Shown: positions 63,904-64,000 of the stretch, piece by piece | Numbering within the stretch: position 1 is the first letter of the stretch | How the letters are laid out: each line of letters opens with the position of its first letter | NCBI RefSeq assembly: GCF_001194135.2 | Contig: NC_068995.1 | Coordinates: 29,338,973 to 29,402,972, forward strand | Direction: 5' to 3' | DNA length: 64,000 nt | DNA from: Octopus bimaculoides | Taxonomy: Eukaryota | Program-made: the position numbers and the translations under genes | Notes under the pieces: generated by a model | Databases searched by the model: none | Told to the model about the DNA's origin: nothing | What the model saw: only the letters and a program-made list of their open reading frames with translations

Positions 63904-64000
63904 TTCAGTAGTTTTATTTTTATAACATGCTTTCACTTCACTACCGAGCGCAGCTCTGTGCACCTTGGGTATGTGCTGTGGTTTGCTGTGGTGCTCTTAT

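Overview
This window is AT-rich, microsatellite-laden eukaryotic intronic or intergenic DNA with many N-gaps. It is most likely an octopus genome, judged from the tRNA-derived SINE families and repeat landscape recalled from memory; no database search was run. No complete host gene is visible, only a few low-confidence candidate exons. Most ORF-track entries are artefacts of microsatellites or N-runs. Most recognisable sequence is degraded mobile elements: Penelope-like elements (PLEs) of three types, RTE, CR1-like and R4/Dong LINE fragments, mariner, maT and pogo transposase relics, hAT/mariner/pogo MITEs, a Helitron Rep fragment and many SINEs. The main discovery is RNA-level. A non-coding, ~330-360 bp, partially tandem and circularly permuted repeat occurs four times (4.2, 8.6, 28.1 and 55.0 kb). 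It carries a type I hammerhead ribozyme (HHR) and several hairpins with compensatory changes between copies, the signature of a retrozyme-like (circular-RNA-forming) family. At least four further unrelated hammerhead motifs occur, mostly in PLE termini. Other notable structures are a fold-back mariner family present twice with the same rearrangement, two divergent Hydra-type PLE units in tandem, and an RTE with a PHD-like finger inside its reverse transcriptase (RT).
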